Notes under the pieces: model-generated
Databases searched by the model: none
Told to the model about the DNA's origin: nothing
What the model saw: the letters and a program-made list of their open reading frames with translations, nothing else
Translations under genes and position numbers: made by a program
Part shown: positions 52,801-64,000 of the stretch, piece by piece
Layout of the letters: every line of letters starts with the position of its first letter
Position numbering within the stretch: position 1 is the first letter of the stretch
Source of the DNA: Azolla caroliniana
Taxonomy: Eukaryota > Plantae > Polypodiophyta
Assembly: GCA_043228905.1 (NCBI GenBank)
Contig: JBHGNT010000009.1
Coordinates: forward strand, 1-64,000
Length of the DNA stretch: 64,000 bases
Direction: 5' to 3'

Positions 52801-53170
52801 GACAACACTTCGTCCTTGCTCCTCAAAACGCGATACCTTCATCTTCCTTCTTCCTTCCCTTTTATAGGCCGTCGAGACAGGCCATTGCACCCTCGTTTTC
52901 ATCAATTTATTCTCTGTCCTTTCGGACAGAGATACTCCTCAATTTCCTAGACATTCAATGCGTGACATCTAGTCTATTTACACCCATTGTCCTACTCCTA
53001 GTTATGTACATGGTAGCAATTAGTGTGGAAAAGTGTAGTCGTGGTTCATGCGCCCTACTTCGCCGATTCCGCTTTTGGCTAGTTTTCTTCACGACATCCA
53101 CCCCCACCAAACCGCGCATCCACCGGTATGCGCCGAAGAGGGACAGATACTAGAGAAAACCGGCTCACAT

Positions 53171-54277
53171 TGTCGTGAAGATCCGTCACTAGGTGAGGAT
53201 CGTGAGGCGGAACCGTTGGGGTTCTAGACCAGAAGGATCAAAGTTCGCACCAAGCTTAGTGAGAAAGTATTTAGGATAGATTGAGAGAGAGAAAGAGATT
53301 AAGATTAAACGCTTGACTTAGATTGAGAAAGATTGATATGGACAAGAGAGAGATATTGAGATTAAACTCTTGATTTTAGATTTTAAGAAACAAGTTACAC
53401 GATCAATTTGATAACAAATTCTCTTCTTCTTAATTTCATAACAAAAAAAAGCCTAACCCTTCTTCTTTTTCATCCCTTCTTTTATAGATGCTCTCATGCA
53501 TATGATGCATGTGAGGGTACAAGACATGCATAAAATGCATGTTTGCCATTTGGCGCTCGTGTATTACATGTGGTGCATGATAACCATGTCACTCATTTTA
53601 GCTCTCATGTATGAGAATTTCTATGTAAAACTACAATGATAGAAATATGAATACAACTAAATGGCATGGTTTAGTGGTAAGCCTACTGACTCTTAAATAG
53701 GAGGTGCAAGGGTTGAATCCGCACTTGCCCTCCTTGTATATATATATGTGATATTTATTTATTAATTTGGCCGCCGGATGCCGGATGACGTCGGCTCACC
53801 GTCTCCGTCTCCGTTGGATGACGGTTCTGCCGGATCACCGGTTGCCGGTGTGCCACCTTCGCTTTGCTAGCTACCGCCGGATCACCGGCTCCATCGTCGG
53901 TCCGGTTTTGGTTGGCCAAAACCTTTACAAGTAATTAGGCCACCTCCACTCTTAGTTCAAGTTACCTTGAACTCTATATGCTCCACACATAAACACAAAG
54001 ATAATAACTTTTGCTCTACCTTATATATGATGAGAGCCGTATTTGTCGTACCTATGTGGGATATCTCACAATTTTCTCTTTTCCTTTCACAAACTTTATA
54101 CCCTCATATCTTGACATCTAGTTGTCTGTTTCTCGTGTAATAAAGTGCATTCGAAAGCTCTTGAAGACCTCCATCATTTTGTACTTAGATACTTCACTAT
54201 TATTGTTTTATGTGATTCACACTCGATTTTGTACGTTTTATGTGATTTTCACACCAATGCCGAAAATCTTCACGACA
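53171..54277 (-). mobile_element. Solo LTR (1107 bp) with 12-bp terminal inverted repeats
   Basis: TGTCGTGAAGAT...ATCTTCACGACA termini, 4-bp TSD ACAT/ACGT, minus-strand TATA (ctataaaagaaggg) at ~53475-53488. Confidence 0.75.
53660..53730 (+). other. tRNA-Lys(CTT)-like or SINE-head-like sequence inside the LTR
   Basis: A-box TGGTTTAGTGG (53667-53677), D-stem GTTT/AAGC, loop CTCTTAA flanked by CCTA/TAGG, degenerate B-box GGTTGAATCC (53711-53720). Confidence 0.55.
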
Positions 54278-55391
54278 ACGTTCACTCGTCGTTCTCCAAG
54301 CTATCGGCGTTCCCGAATCGATTGTCGTCATTATCACTCCCCCACTCCAGCTCGTCTTCGTACCACTTCTTGAAAGCTTTAATATGCTTCCCGGCTATCG
54401 GCACCGCCAATCATGTCCCGTCGAGCTCCGCAAGATGGTGCGTGCCGTTGTCGTTCGCGCTCGTCACCGTGTAGGGCCCGAACCATCTCCTCGCGAATTT
54501 GCGGGTTGCCTTGTGCTGGCTGTCGAGGTTGATGTCGTAAACCAGCACCCAATCGCCTTCCTCGGTCTTCTTCGGTCTTAGCTGGTGCGTCCGGTCAAAC
54601 CGGGTTTTGTTTCATTCCCTCGCCGCGCGCAGCTTCTCCCTCGCTCGTTCCACGTCCTCCGGCCTCCGTTCAAGTTGCCGGATCCACGCCACCAACAACT
54701 CTTCTCGGCTCATTTCATCCTTCCAGCCCACCGCGGCCCATGAAGAAATCATCTGTTCCACTGTCATGATCGGCTTATGCCCGTACATTAGTTCCACCGG
54801 CATGAACCCCGTTACCGAATTGTGCGTAGTCCGGTCCGCCCACAACGCATAGGGTAAGAGGCGCGGCCAATTCCCGACTTGGCCTCCACACGCTCATACT
54901 AACGCTTTAACGATCGGCCTGTGTCCGCGTTCCACCTTCCTGTTAGCCTCTGGATTGTACGTTTTGGTGAGTGAGAGTTTAACCCCTAGCCGGTCAAACA
55001 GCTCTTCCACCTCCTGCGCATTCAATTCCCCGCGATCGGCCACGATCTTACCAACGCACCCATACCGGTATACCACATCTTCGATTAGAAACCGGCACAC
55101 GGCCGCGGTCGTTTTGTTCTGTAACGCCAGACCTTCCACCTAGTTCGTTAGGTCCTCCCGAGCTAGCACCAAATACCGCATCTGCCCTACCCCCATCGGC
55201 ATCGTCACTAGATCCACCATCCACTTGAAGTGGACGGTCGGTGGGTAGGTCGGGTGAAACCTTTCCCGATATTGGACTATGGAGTGCACTTGACAGCTTT
55301 CGCAAGTCGTTACGAACTGATGCACGTCTCGATATAGTCTCGGCCACCAGTACTTCCCCTTCAGCTTCTTGAATGTGGCCCACGTCCCATT

Positions 55392-57287
55392 TGTTGGGAA
55401 ACAGGTCCCTCCGGATGGGAAGGAAGAAGAACAGTGCCGATGAACAAACTACGGACGAGACCAAGGCAAAATACGGATGCCGAAGAAGGCTCTCAACCGG
55501 ACCTTCTCAATGAAAGACTTGGGTCCGGCAAGACAGATGTTGGGGATGCACATCATTCGGGACCGGTCAGTGAAGCAATTATGGCTGTCACAGGAGAAGT
55601 ATGTGACAAAGGTGCTTCACCGGTTCAACATGTCAGAAGCAAAACCGGTCGGATCGACACTTCCGGCAAACTGCAAGCTGTTCGGTAACCAAAGCCCGAA
55701 GACGAAAGCAGAGAAGGCAGATATGATGAAGATTCCATATGCCTCTGCCGTCGGGAGCTTGATGTACGCAATGGTTTGTACCCGACCGGACATAGGATAC
55801 GCAGTCGGAGTGGTGAGCCGGTTTATGAGCAATCCCGACAAGGAGCACTGGAACGCGATCAAATGGATACTCCGGTATTTGAAGGGCACTTCAAATATGT
55901 GTCTCCGATTTGGCTCCGGAAAACCTCAACTGGACGGTTTCACCGATTCGAACATGTCGGCTGATGTGGATACCATCCGGTCTACATCCGGGTATGTAAT
56001 GACTTATGCAGGGGGAGCTGTTTCGTGGCAGTCGAGGTTGCAGAAGACGGTTGCATTGTCAACCACGGAGGCGGAGTACATGGCGGATGTGGAAGCCAGC
56101 AAGGAAATTTTATGGATGAAGGAATTCATCGGAGAGCTCGGTAAATGGCAAGAGGAATACCGACTCTATTGCGACAGTCAAAGTGCCATCCACCTTGCTA
56201 AGAATGCGGCCTACCATTCCCGGACGAAGCATATCCAGCGGAGGTATCATTGGATCCGGGAAAGAGTAGATGACCAGGAGTTCGCACTGACAAAGATCCA
56301 CACGACCGAGAACGGGTCAGATATGCTGACCAAAGTGTTGACACCCGACAAGCTGAACGCATGTCGTAAGAAGATCGGGCTGGTAAGACACCCCATGCCG
56401 GAGTGAAGGGGGAGTTTGTTGGGAAACAGGTCCCTTTGGATGGGAAGGAAGAAGAACAATGCCGATGAACAATCTCGGCCTCGGCCGAAACCGTATGAGG
56501 AGGACCCGGTTACGGAGAGCCGGATGGTACAGACCCGGTATGAACCGGATGAGGAGTACCTGGCTACGGAGAGCCGGATGGTGCAGGCCCGATATGAACC
56601 GGATGAGGAGTACCCGGCTACGGAGAGCCGGATGGTGCAGGCCCGGTATGAACCGGTTGAGGAGTACCCGGCTACGGAGAGCCGGATGGTACAGACCCGG
56701 TGAGAACCGGATGAGGAGTACCCGGCTACAGAGAGCCGGATGGAGCAGGCCCAGTATGAACCGGATGAGGAGTACCTGGCTACGGAGAGCCGGATGGTAC
56801 AGATCCGGTGAGAACCGTATGAAGAGACATATTTGTAAATATGTTTCTGAGAGCCCATCGAGGCTACATTTGTAAATAGCCGAAAAGTCATATTAGTATA
56901 AATATGACTTAGGGCAAACTTTAAGTAACTGTTGTTGTTGTCATTTTTCTTTGTTGGTGCAAGAAGAAGAGAGAGCACGTAATAGTGTATAGAGAGAGAG
57001 AGAAAGAGGTCGTTGCCTCTGTTGTAACCGTCGCGTGTGGCGAAGATCTGTGAGCATGAGGTCGTTGCCTCAGTGAACTCACTGTTGTACATTCTCACAT
57101 AGTGACAGTTAGCAGCCTGTCGGTTGCCGTGGTTTTTCCCCTCGTTTGGGGTTTTCCACGTAAACCTCCTGTGTACTATTTTTTTTTTCTCTCCACTGTG
57201 TCGTGCATTTGTTTCCCGTTTTCTGCGTATGAAAAGAAGCTCGGTTGTGGCCGAGTGTTGGACATAAGGAGCCTTGAGTTCCCGTCA
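55392..57287 (+). mobile_element. Internally deleted Tork-like Copia: ~60 bp of 5' LTR fused to the RT end and RNaseH, PPT, and full 3' LTR (56417-57287)
   Basis: TGTTGGGAAACAGG at 55392 and 56417. Open frame 55477-56406 (FSMKDLG, PYASAVGSLMY, HSRTKHI). PPT tgaagggggagtt. Host integrase GHRGTW is restored on removal (target CCACG; left copy reads CCATT). Confidence 0.85.
56505..56817. repeat. 54-bp tandem array (~6 units) in LTR U3
   Basis: Reverse complement of the 28992-29308 unit. Confidence 0.9.
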
Positions 57288-57479
57288 CCACGGTGTCCGG
57301 CCTAGGGACTCTCGTGGTAGGCCGTCAGTAGCACTTTCTGCTCGTCCTCCCTCGCCACTACGCGGAGTGGGGTGCCGCTTCGCTTTTTCAGGTGCTTCCA
57401 TATGTGCCCTTCCCGTAGGAAGAACCAGAACGCCTTCTTCCGTACTTGGCAGGCCTCCTCTCTCATCCACGCCACGTCC

Positions 57480-57750
57480 TCACGGGAACTGCACGCTCCC
57501 TATACGCAACGCTCGGCCACAACCGAGCTTAGAATCATACACAGAAAATGGGAAATGAAACGCACGACACAAAGAAGAGAAGAGTACACAGGATGTTTAC
57601 ATGGAAAACCCAAACTAGGGAAAAAACCACGGCAGCCCACAGGCTGCAAACTATCACTATGCTAGAATGTACAACAGTGAGTTCACGGAGGCAACGACCT
57701 CGTGCTCACGATCTTCGCCACAGGCGGCGGTTACAACAAAGGCAACAACG

Positions 57751-57792
<42 letters not shown>

Positions 57793-58177
57793 CACGGTTA
57801 CACGCTCTCTCTCTTCTTGCACCAACAAGAAAATGACAACTACAACAACAACTATAAGTTTGCCCTAAGTCATATTTATACTAATATGACTTTTCGGCTA
57901 TTTACAAATATAGCCATGATGGACTCTCAGAAACATATTTACGAATATGTCTCTTCATCCGGTGAGCACTTCTCACCGGGTCTGCACCATCCGGCTCTCC
58001 GTAGCCGGGTACTCCTCATCCAGTTTTCACCGGGTCTACACCATCCGGCTCTCCGTAGCCGGGTACTCCTCATCCGGTTCTCACCGGGTCTGTACCATCC
58101 GGCTCTCCGTAGCCGGGTACTCCTCATCCGGTCTTCATCGGGTCTGCACCATCCGGCTCTCCGTAGCCGGGTACTCG
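57480..58177 (-). mobile_element. 5'-truncated LTR of the 54-bp-array family (array at ~57974-58177)
   Basis: Near-identical to 28502-29300. Its 3' end is flanked by GGACG on the minus strand. Confidence 0.85.
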
Positions 58178-58265
58178 TCATCGGCACTAAACGAGTTCGA
58201 CGAGAGCGAATATGACGGAGAGTGGCTCCGAATCGGGAGGTTCCTATGGACGATGATGTTGGACG
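58178..58265 (+). other. Inverted segment of the host gypsy pol (RH-IN linker)
   Basis: Plus strand ALNEFDESEYDGEWLRIGRFLWTMMLD continues into minus-strand DVAWMREEA... at 57479. Confidence 0.75.
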
Positions 58266-59030
58266 TGTTGGGAGACAGGTCCCTCCGGATGGGAAGGAGA
58301 AGAACAGTGCTGATGAGCAAACTCGGTCGAGGCCGATAGGAGAACCGGATGAGGAGTACTCGGCTTCGGAGAGCCGGATGGTGCAGACCCGGTGAGAACC
58401 GGATGAGGAGTACCCGGCTTCGGAGAGCCGGATGGTGCAGACCCGGTGAGAACCGGATAAGGAGTACCCGGCTACGGAGAGCCGGATGGTGCATACCCAG
58501 TGAGAACCGGATGAGGAGTACCCGGCTACAAAGAGCCGGATGGTGCAGACCCGGTGAGGAGCGCTCTCCGGATGAAGAGACATATTCGTAAATATGTTTT
58601 TGAGAGTCCATCGTGGCTATATTTGTAAATAGCCGAAAAGTCATATTAGTATAAATATGACTTAGGGCAAACTTTTGATGTTGTTGTTGTTATTGTTGTC
58701 TGCGCGAGATCAGAGCGCGTAACTGTGTACAGAGAGAGTGAGAGAGAGGAAGAGGTCGTTGCCTCAGTTGTAACCGCCGCCTGTGGCGAAGATCGTGAGC
58801 ACGAGGTCGTTGCCTCCGTGAACTCACTATTGTACATTCTAACATAGTGATAGTTTGCAGCCTGTGGGCTGCCGTGATTTTTCCCTTAGTTTGGGTTTTC
58901 CACGTAAACATCCTGTGTACTCTTCTCTTCTTCGTGTCGTGCATTCTTTCATTCCTTTTTTTTTTCTGTGTATGATTCTAAGCTCGGTTGTGGCCGAGCG
59001 TTGCGCATAGGAGCGTTGTAGTTCCCGTCA
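58266..59030 (+). mobile_element. LTR of the 54-bp-array family (array at ~58341-58557)
   Basis: TGTTGGGAGACAGG...TTCCCGTCA. Flanks GGACG and TCTTT do not match each other. Confidence 0.88.
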
Positions 59031-62000
59031 TCTTTCCCGGAGATGTGTCGTATCTCCGGGTTCAAGGACTTGATGTATGCGATCCACCTGAGCATCGCCA
59101 GGTTCGGAGACCATACCCAGAATCGGTAGGCAGTCCGTCTTGATGATCACTTCCGTCCCGCTCAAATAGTCTTTGTCGACCTTGACTGCCGAAACGATAC
59201 CCCATAGCTCGTGCTTAACTTGGGCGTATCCTCGCTGCCGCTTGCTCAATACCTTCGGCCCGAACCAGATCGGGAACCGTATGCCGTCCTTGTCCTCCTG
59301 ACTGATCACCCACCCGATCCCGATCGGGCTAGAGTCCACCGTCACGTAGATGGGAACTTCCTTGCCGTAAACCGTTTTTCGAAGAGCCGGTGTTGCGGCA
59401 AGCGCCCCCTTCAGTCTCCGGACCGACTCTGTGTGCTCCGTCCTCCACTCGAACCTACACCCTTTCTTCAATAGCCCGTAGAGCGGTTCCGCGACATGTG
59501 CGTAGTGCGGAATCCAGATGTGGTAGAACGCGCACGCACCCAAGAATCGGCGGACTTCCGTAACCGACCCGCAACTGTCTTTCATCACGAAGATGGCTTC
59601 TACCTTTGCCGGGGACGGTTTCCGGCCGTAGGGCCCGCACAGGTGTCCAACTACTAGGATCTCCATCTGCCCGAACGTTGATTTCTCTCCGGAGAAGGTG
59701 AGCCGCGCGCTCTCGAGCCTCTCCAGCACCTTCTCGCAGTCATTGATGTGGTTCACGACGAACCTCCGGCACCCATCCGGCCCGACTGTTTCGTCCGCGT
59801 CCTCCACCGGACATCCCTTTATCGGTACGTCGTCGAGGAATGGCATAGTGATGTCCGGGATGTAGTCCCTTAGCACCTTGTTCATTGCGTTCACCATGTG
59901 CGCCACCGAATTCATTCCTCCTTGCAATAGGGTACACATCTGCACCAAGCCAAGAGGAGTCCACATTGTCGTGATGTCCCTGCTCTCTACAACTAGTTGG
60001 AATTGGTCGTACCTTGAGTATAAGTCACCGACCGAATAGATCGACCTCCTGGCGAAGGCCTCCGCGAACTCGTCTATGGTCGGCCCGATTCTTGCGTTAC
60101 GTATGGTCACCTTGTTTACTGGTTGCAAGTCTTGTATGAAGCGCAACACATCGTTCTTCTTTGGCACCGTGAACCACCAATTCGAGTATGGGGCACTCGA
60201 CGGTTCGAGGATGCCCATATCCACCTTTTGCTTCAGTAGCTCCATCAACATCTGGATGTGAGCTCTGGGCACCGGAATCGGTTTGAGATTCCACGGCACA
60301 TGCAGTACCGTGAAGATCACCATTGGCTCGACGATTGTCGAGTCTACGCACCCGATCTCCTCCAACGAGAATGTGAAGGCCTTCCCGTGCCTTCCGAGCA
60401 TCCTCCGAAACCGGTCCTCCTCCTGTAGTAGAAAGCCACCCCCACCAACCTTGAGCTCTCATAGTGTTACGTTGGTGAACCGGTGCCCTATGTCGGCTGG
60501 ATTCCGTAAACTTGGGTCCGACGCAACCCCCTTTATCCACTCTCCGCTGCCCTCCGGCAAGGGTGCCGCAACTGGCCTCACCTTCCGGTTCACAATCTTG
60601 TACTTCGTATCCACGCGGGCCATTCGATCTGACCCGATCCTCTCCCCGAAGTCCGCAATGACTTCGTACATTCCCACCGAGCTAACCGGAACGGTCCGGT
60701 CTTCGCTAAGGCCTTTACCGACCACCTCTCATAATTCGCCTAAGGTGTCGTCAAAAGAGACTGCCTCCATGGCGCCGCTAATTTCTTCATCGGGGGAGAG
60801 GACTCCCTAAGTCGTCTCTCCGCCCGCTTCCTTTCCTGGCTACTGATGCCGGTTAGTCTCCAACCTCCGTTTTTGGAGAGACAAAATTTCCTGCCTATAA
60901 TACACGTGTGGGGTTCTTTCGGGGTGTCCGAACTATCGTGACCCCACGCCTTGATAGCCCTCTCTAAAAATCCCCTTGGTTGTCGTCGTCGAGGGTCTTG
61001 CGGTTCTGCTCGTGGTTGGGTCGCACTGTCATGAATTGAACGGAATGCCAACCGTCTTGGCTCTTGACGCATGCATACGCCGAACCGTTGTCCAGTACTT
61101 TCGTCTCCATGTGTGCTGTCGTAATGTACGACTTGCTGAGAATTATCGGGTGCGAGGAAGTCTCCTGCACGAAGAAATGTTGATCTATCTCAACGTCGCC
61201 AATCTTCACGCATACGTTCGGGCACACAGCATGCAGCTCCTCTATAGCGCGCGTCGCCGCGCGTATCTTCCACCCGTGCTTGGTGTTGATCGGCCATTTC
61301 CCCTTTTTATAGAAGTCCATGGACATCAGGTTGATCTCCGAACCGTGGTCTACCAATGCCACCACCTGCTCCTGGACGTTGCTGATCCGAACAGGGGTTT
61401 CCGTAGTGGCCCTAGCCCAATGCGGCTTGCGTAGTGGCTTTCCGCCAACTCATCCTCTAAGGTCTTGTCTTCTAAGTGCGTCGTTCGCACTTCCACCGGC
61501 CTCTCCAATTCCAGCTCCGTCGAGAGCCTCTTCCACTTCACCAAGTCCACGATGGAGTCGTGGAACTCCTTCTTGGCGATTCCTAGCACCTCCCGTAACG
61601 ATAACTCAACCTTGCTGTCGAGAATTCTCTCTTCTAGGACCTTCCGAAGGTCCGTTGTTCATTCGATTTCGGTGCTCAGCTGGAAGTCAACCTACTTCTT
61701 CTTCTCCGGTCGTCGGCGTTGACGGTCTCGTTCGGCTTTGGTCCGAATCGGGTCTCGTACCGCCGCGAGGGGCCTGCCCCTCCGGCCTTTCCCGCGCACT
61801 TGTCTTCTACCAAAACCTCGTAGTTCTGGCACGCAGCTGCCACAAAGCTGGTCTTTTCTTCAACCGGGTCGTCCCATCCGGTGACCTCCCGGATCCGCTG
61901 TTCCACGCGGTTTGCCTCTTCCTTCTTCAGCCGTACTCCGGAGAGACCCTCTAGCACCAACGGCCAGAATATGGAGTCCTTCGCTTTCCGGGCCTCATCG

Positions 62001-63125
62001 CCCCCGACCCGGATTCCCGCCGATGCTGAGTAGTTAACGACCTCTGCATGTTGTGCCGCGGCCTCTTCCATCAACTGCTTCATTCCGTCGCACCCCGTAT
62101 TCAACTCTAGGGCTTTCCGGGTCTCGCTCGCGTGCACCCGCCCGTTCTAGAGGTACACCACATTGGTCCTGAGTACCTCGACGAAATATGCGCATTCTTT
62201 CCGGATCTGGCCGATCGCGTCACACCACATTCACCGTTGCCCCGTCGGCGGCCTTCGGTCACGAGACTGTTCGCCGTTGTCCCTCCGGGCCTGTGCGATC
62301 TGGAGATCTCGCACCATCTGCGACAGCTCTTCTAGAGTCGTGCCTCCAGAGGGACCTCTGACCACTCCGCTCGGGGTTGAGCCCTTCTCAAGCCAACCCC
62401 GAGTTTCTTCCTTCCTAACCGGTACCGACACCGGCTCCTCGAGCTCCCTCGCCGGGACCGGCCATGCTACTGACAAGCCCTCGTCGCTCCACTCGCGCCG
62501 CTAGTCGAAACGACCGCAAACCCTCCTTACCATGGCCCAGTCTGTCGTGAGCCCTTCATCCATTTCCAACAGGAGACCCACCTTCTCCCGGTCCATGGCG
62601 TCCACCAACTTGATGAATAGTAATACCCGACTTGTGTCGAGCACGGTCCGGTCCAGCGTTGACAGCTGTGCGAACCGTGCGAACCGTTTCTCGAACTCCT
62701 GGAGGAGCGCTGACGTGTTTCTCCCCTTCCCTAGGCTCTCAACCCACGCCATGATTTCTCGCTTCGACAGCCGAAGCGAGTCATCGAACCCATACATCTC
62801 GAGGAGCTGCAGCTCGAACCCCTCCCAAGTCTGGCATCCGGCCAGCACCTCGAGCACCTCTGCATGGATGCTCAACGTCACCACCCGAGGGAATCCGGAC
62901 AATCGCCTGTCCACCGAGATATCCCTCATGATCATTTCGGCCTAGTAGGTCTCCAAGTAGCTCGTGGCATTCTTCCCACCGAATCGACCTATGGTGCCGA
63001 CAATCGACTCAATGGCCCTGTTGAGGGCACCCGTTCCCTCGCAAGCGCTCACTAGCCAATCGACGGCTACGACCATAGCTTCAGCAAGCTCAGATCCCCT
63101 CATCCTTCACTCCTTTGCCGCATGT

Positions 63126-63143
63126 TTCACGTCGGGTTCACCA
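63126..63143 (-). promoter_or_regulatory. tRNA-Trp primer-binding site
   Basis: TGGTGAACCCGACGTGAA, complementary to the 3' 18 nt of plant cytosolic tRNA-Trp as recalled (…TTCACGTCGGGTTCACCA). Confidence 0.8.
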
Positions 63144-63213
63144 AATATGTCGAGTTGTTATGCTCTTCGCGTGTGGAAGGAGGCGAGACCGCGGAGGCCT
63201 TGAACCAAGGAGC

Positions 63214-63257
<44 letters not shown>

Positions 63258-64000
63258 AAGTCTTAATTACAAAACAGTAACGATTACAACCGGCAAGCCG
63301 GCAACGGACCCAACTCAGGCGAACACACACACACACCTCACGCATGCACACAGCCCGATTGCACTGTGGAGCCTCTACCAGAAGCACACGGGTTGTCCAC
63401 GAAGCAGAGGCAACTCAGTCCGAAATCCAGCGAACGATGGAGGAGGGAGCTTGGTCCCAGTCCGACAGCACTTCGTCCTTGCTCCTCAAAACACGATACT
63501 TCATCTTCCTTCTTCCTTCCCTTTTATAGGCCGTCGAGGCAGGCCATTGCACCCTCGTTTTCATCAATTTATTCTCTGTCCTTTCGGGCAGAGATACTCC
63601 TCGATTTCCTAGACATTCAATGTGTCACATCTAGTCTATTTACACCCACCGTCCTACTCCTAGTTATGTACAAGGTAGCAATTAGTGTGGAAAAGTGTAG
63701 TTGTGGTTCATGCGCTCTACTTCGCTGATTCCGCTTCTGGCCGGTTTTCTTCATGACACCGTTCAACTATTTTTGGTGCTCTTTACAACAATTTGCATTC
63801 CCAAACAGTAACCTAACTATATCTACCCTTAACAATAGGATTAGTGAAAATTAACCATAAATCGTGTGATTGTCAAATCTAAACTACGATTTATACACAA
63901 AAAATGAAATTTAGTTAAAATAAACTTACACTTAGGAAGAAATGCTTCTTTGCTCTTTGCCTAAGTGTTAGGTGCCTTAGGATCTTACTGAAATCTCACC

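Larger units (their letters stand above)
52499..63758 (-). mobile_element. Full-length but degenerate non-chromoviral gypsy (Phygy/Selgy/Ylt1-like) carrying four nested insertions
   Basis: LTRs 63148-63758 (5') and 52499-53096 (3') are similar but diverged. 4-bp TSD TCGT/CCGT. PBS matches the tRNA-Trp 3' end (63143-63126). Gag from ATG 63103, PR VDHGSEINLM, RT EIGCVD...HVPW...FLDD, IN GHRGTW...C..C and ADRGEL. PPT at 53097-53113. Confidence 0.87.
49148..63834 (+). mobile_element. Old degenerate gypsy: pol remnant 49148-52140, PPT, and a 3' LTR split into 52228-52498 and 63763-63834
   Basis: [60 protein letters not shown] with many stops. PPT aagtaggggagta. TGTTA...TAACA termini. Confidence 0.78.

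Overview
Eukaryotic land-plant genomic DNA. The mix of a Tcn1-like chromovirus and Phygy/Ylt1-like gypsy elements suggests a seed-free plant such as a fern (inference). The left ~25 kb is AT-rich and microsatellite-rich and holds two convergent host genes: an intronless EMS1/EXS-type LRR receptor kinase (7184-10702, +) and an 8-exon ER-type P2A Ca2+-ATPase (ECA; 17101-21969, -). From ~25.5 kb to the end is a deeply nested LTR-retrotransposon cluster. At its core is an intact 5.75-kb Ty3/gypsy chromovirus (39140-44887, apparently identical LTRs, ATTTT TSD) inserted into an otherwise intact Copia (35454-46379, apparently identical LTRs, GGTAT TSD), itself inside older Copia remnants. The most notable signal is the chromovirus LTR. 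It begins with an antisense tRNA-like module (Pol III A/B boxes, intact D-arm), then has a perfect 4-unit heat-shock element, a TATA box and a palindromic self-primer that replaces the tRNA primer-binding site. Gag and pol are linked by a -1 frameshift site with a pseudoknot. A diverged solo LTR (26711-27102) conserves the tRNA-like head and the HSE, and an unrelated LTR (53171-54277) also carries an antisense tRNA-like module. Other features are a probable LTR-mediated micro-inversion with a swapped TSD, a gypsy family with 4-bp CG-centred target sites, and Copia LTRs carrying 54-bp CCGG-rich arrays. All coordinates were read by eye, so boundaries of degenerate elements are approximate.
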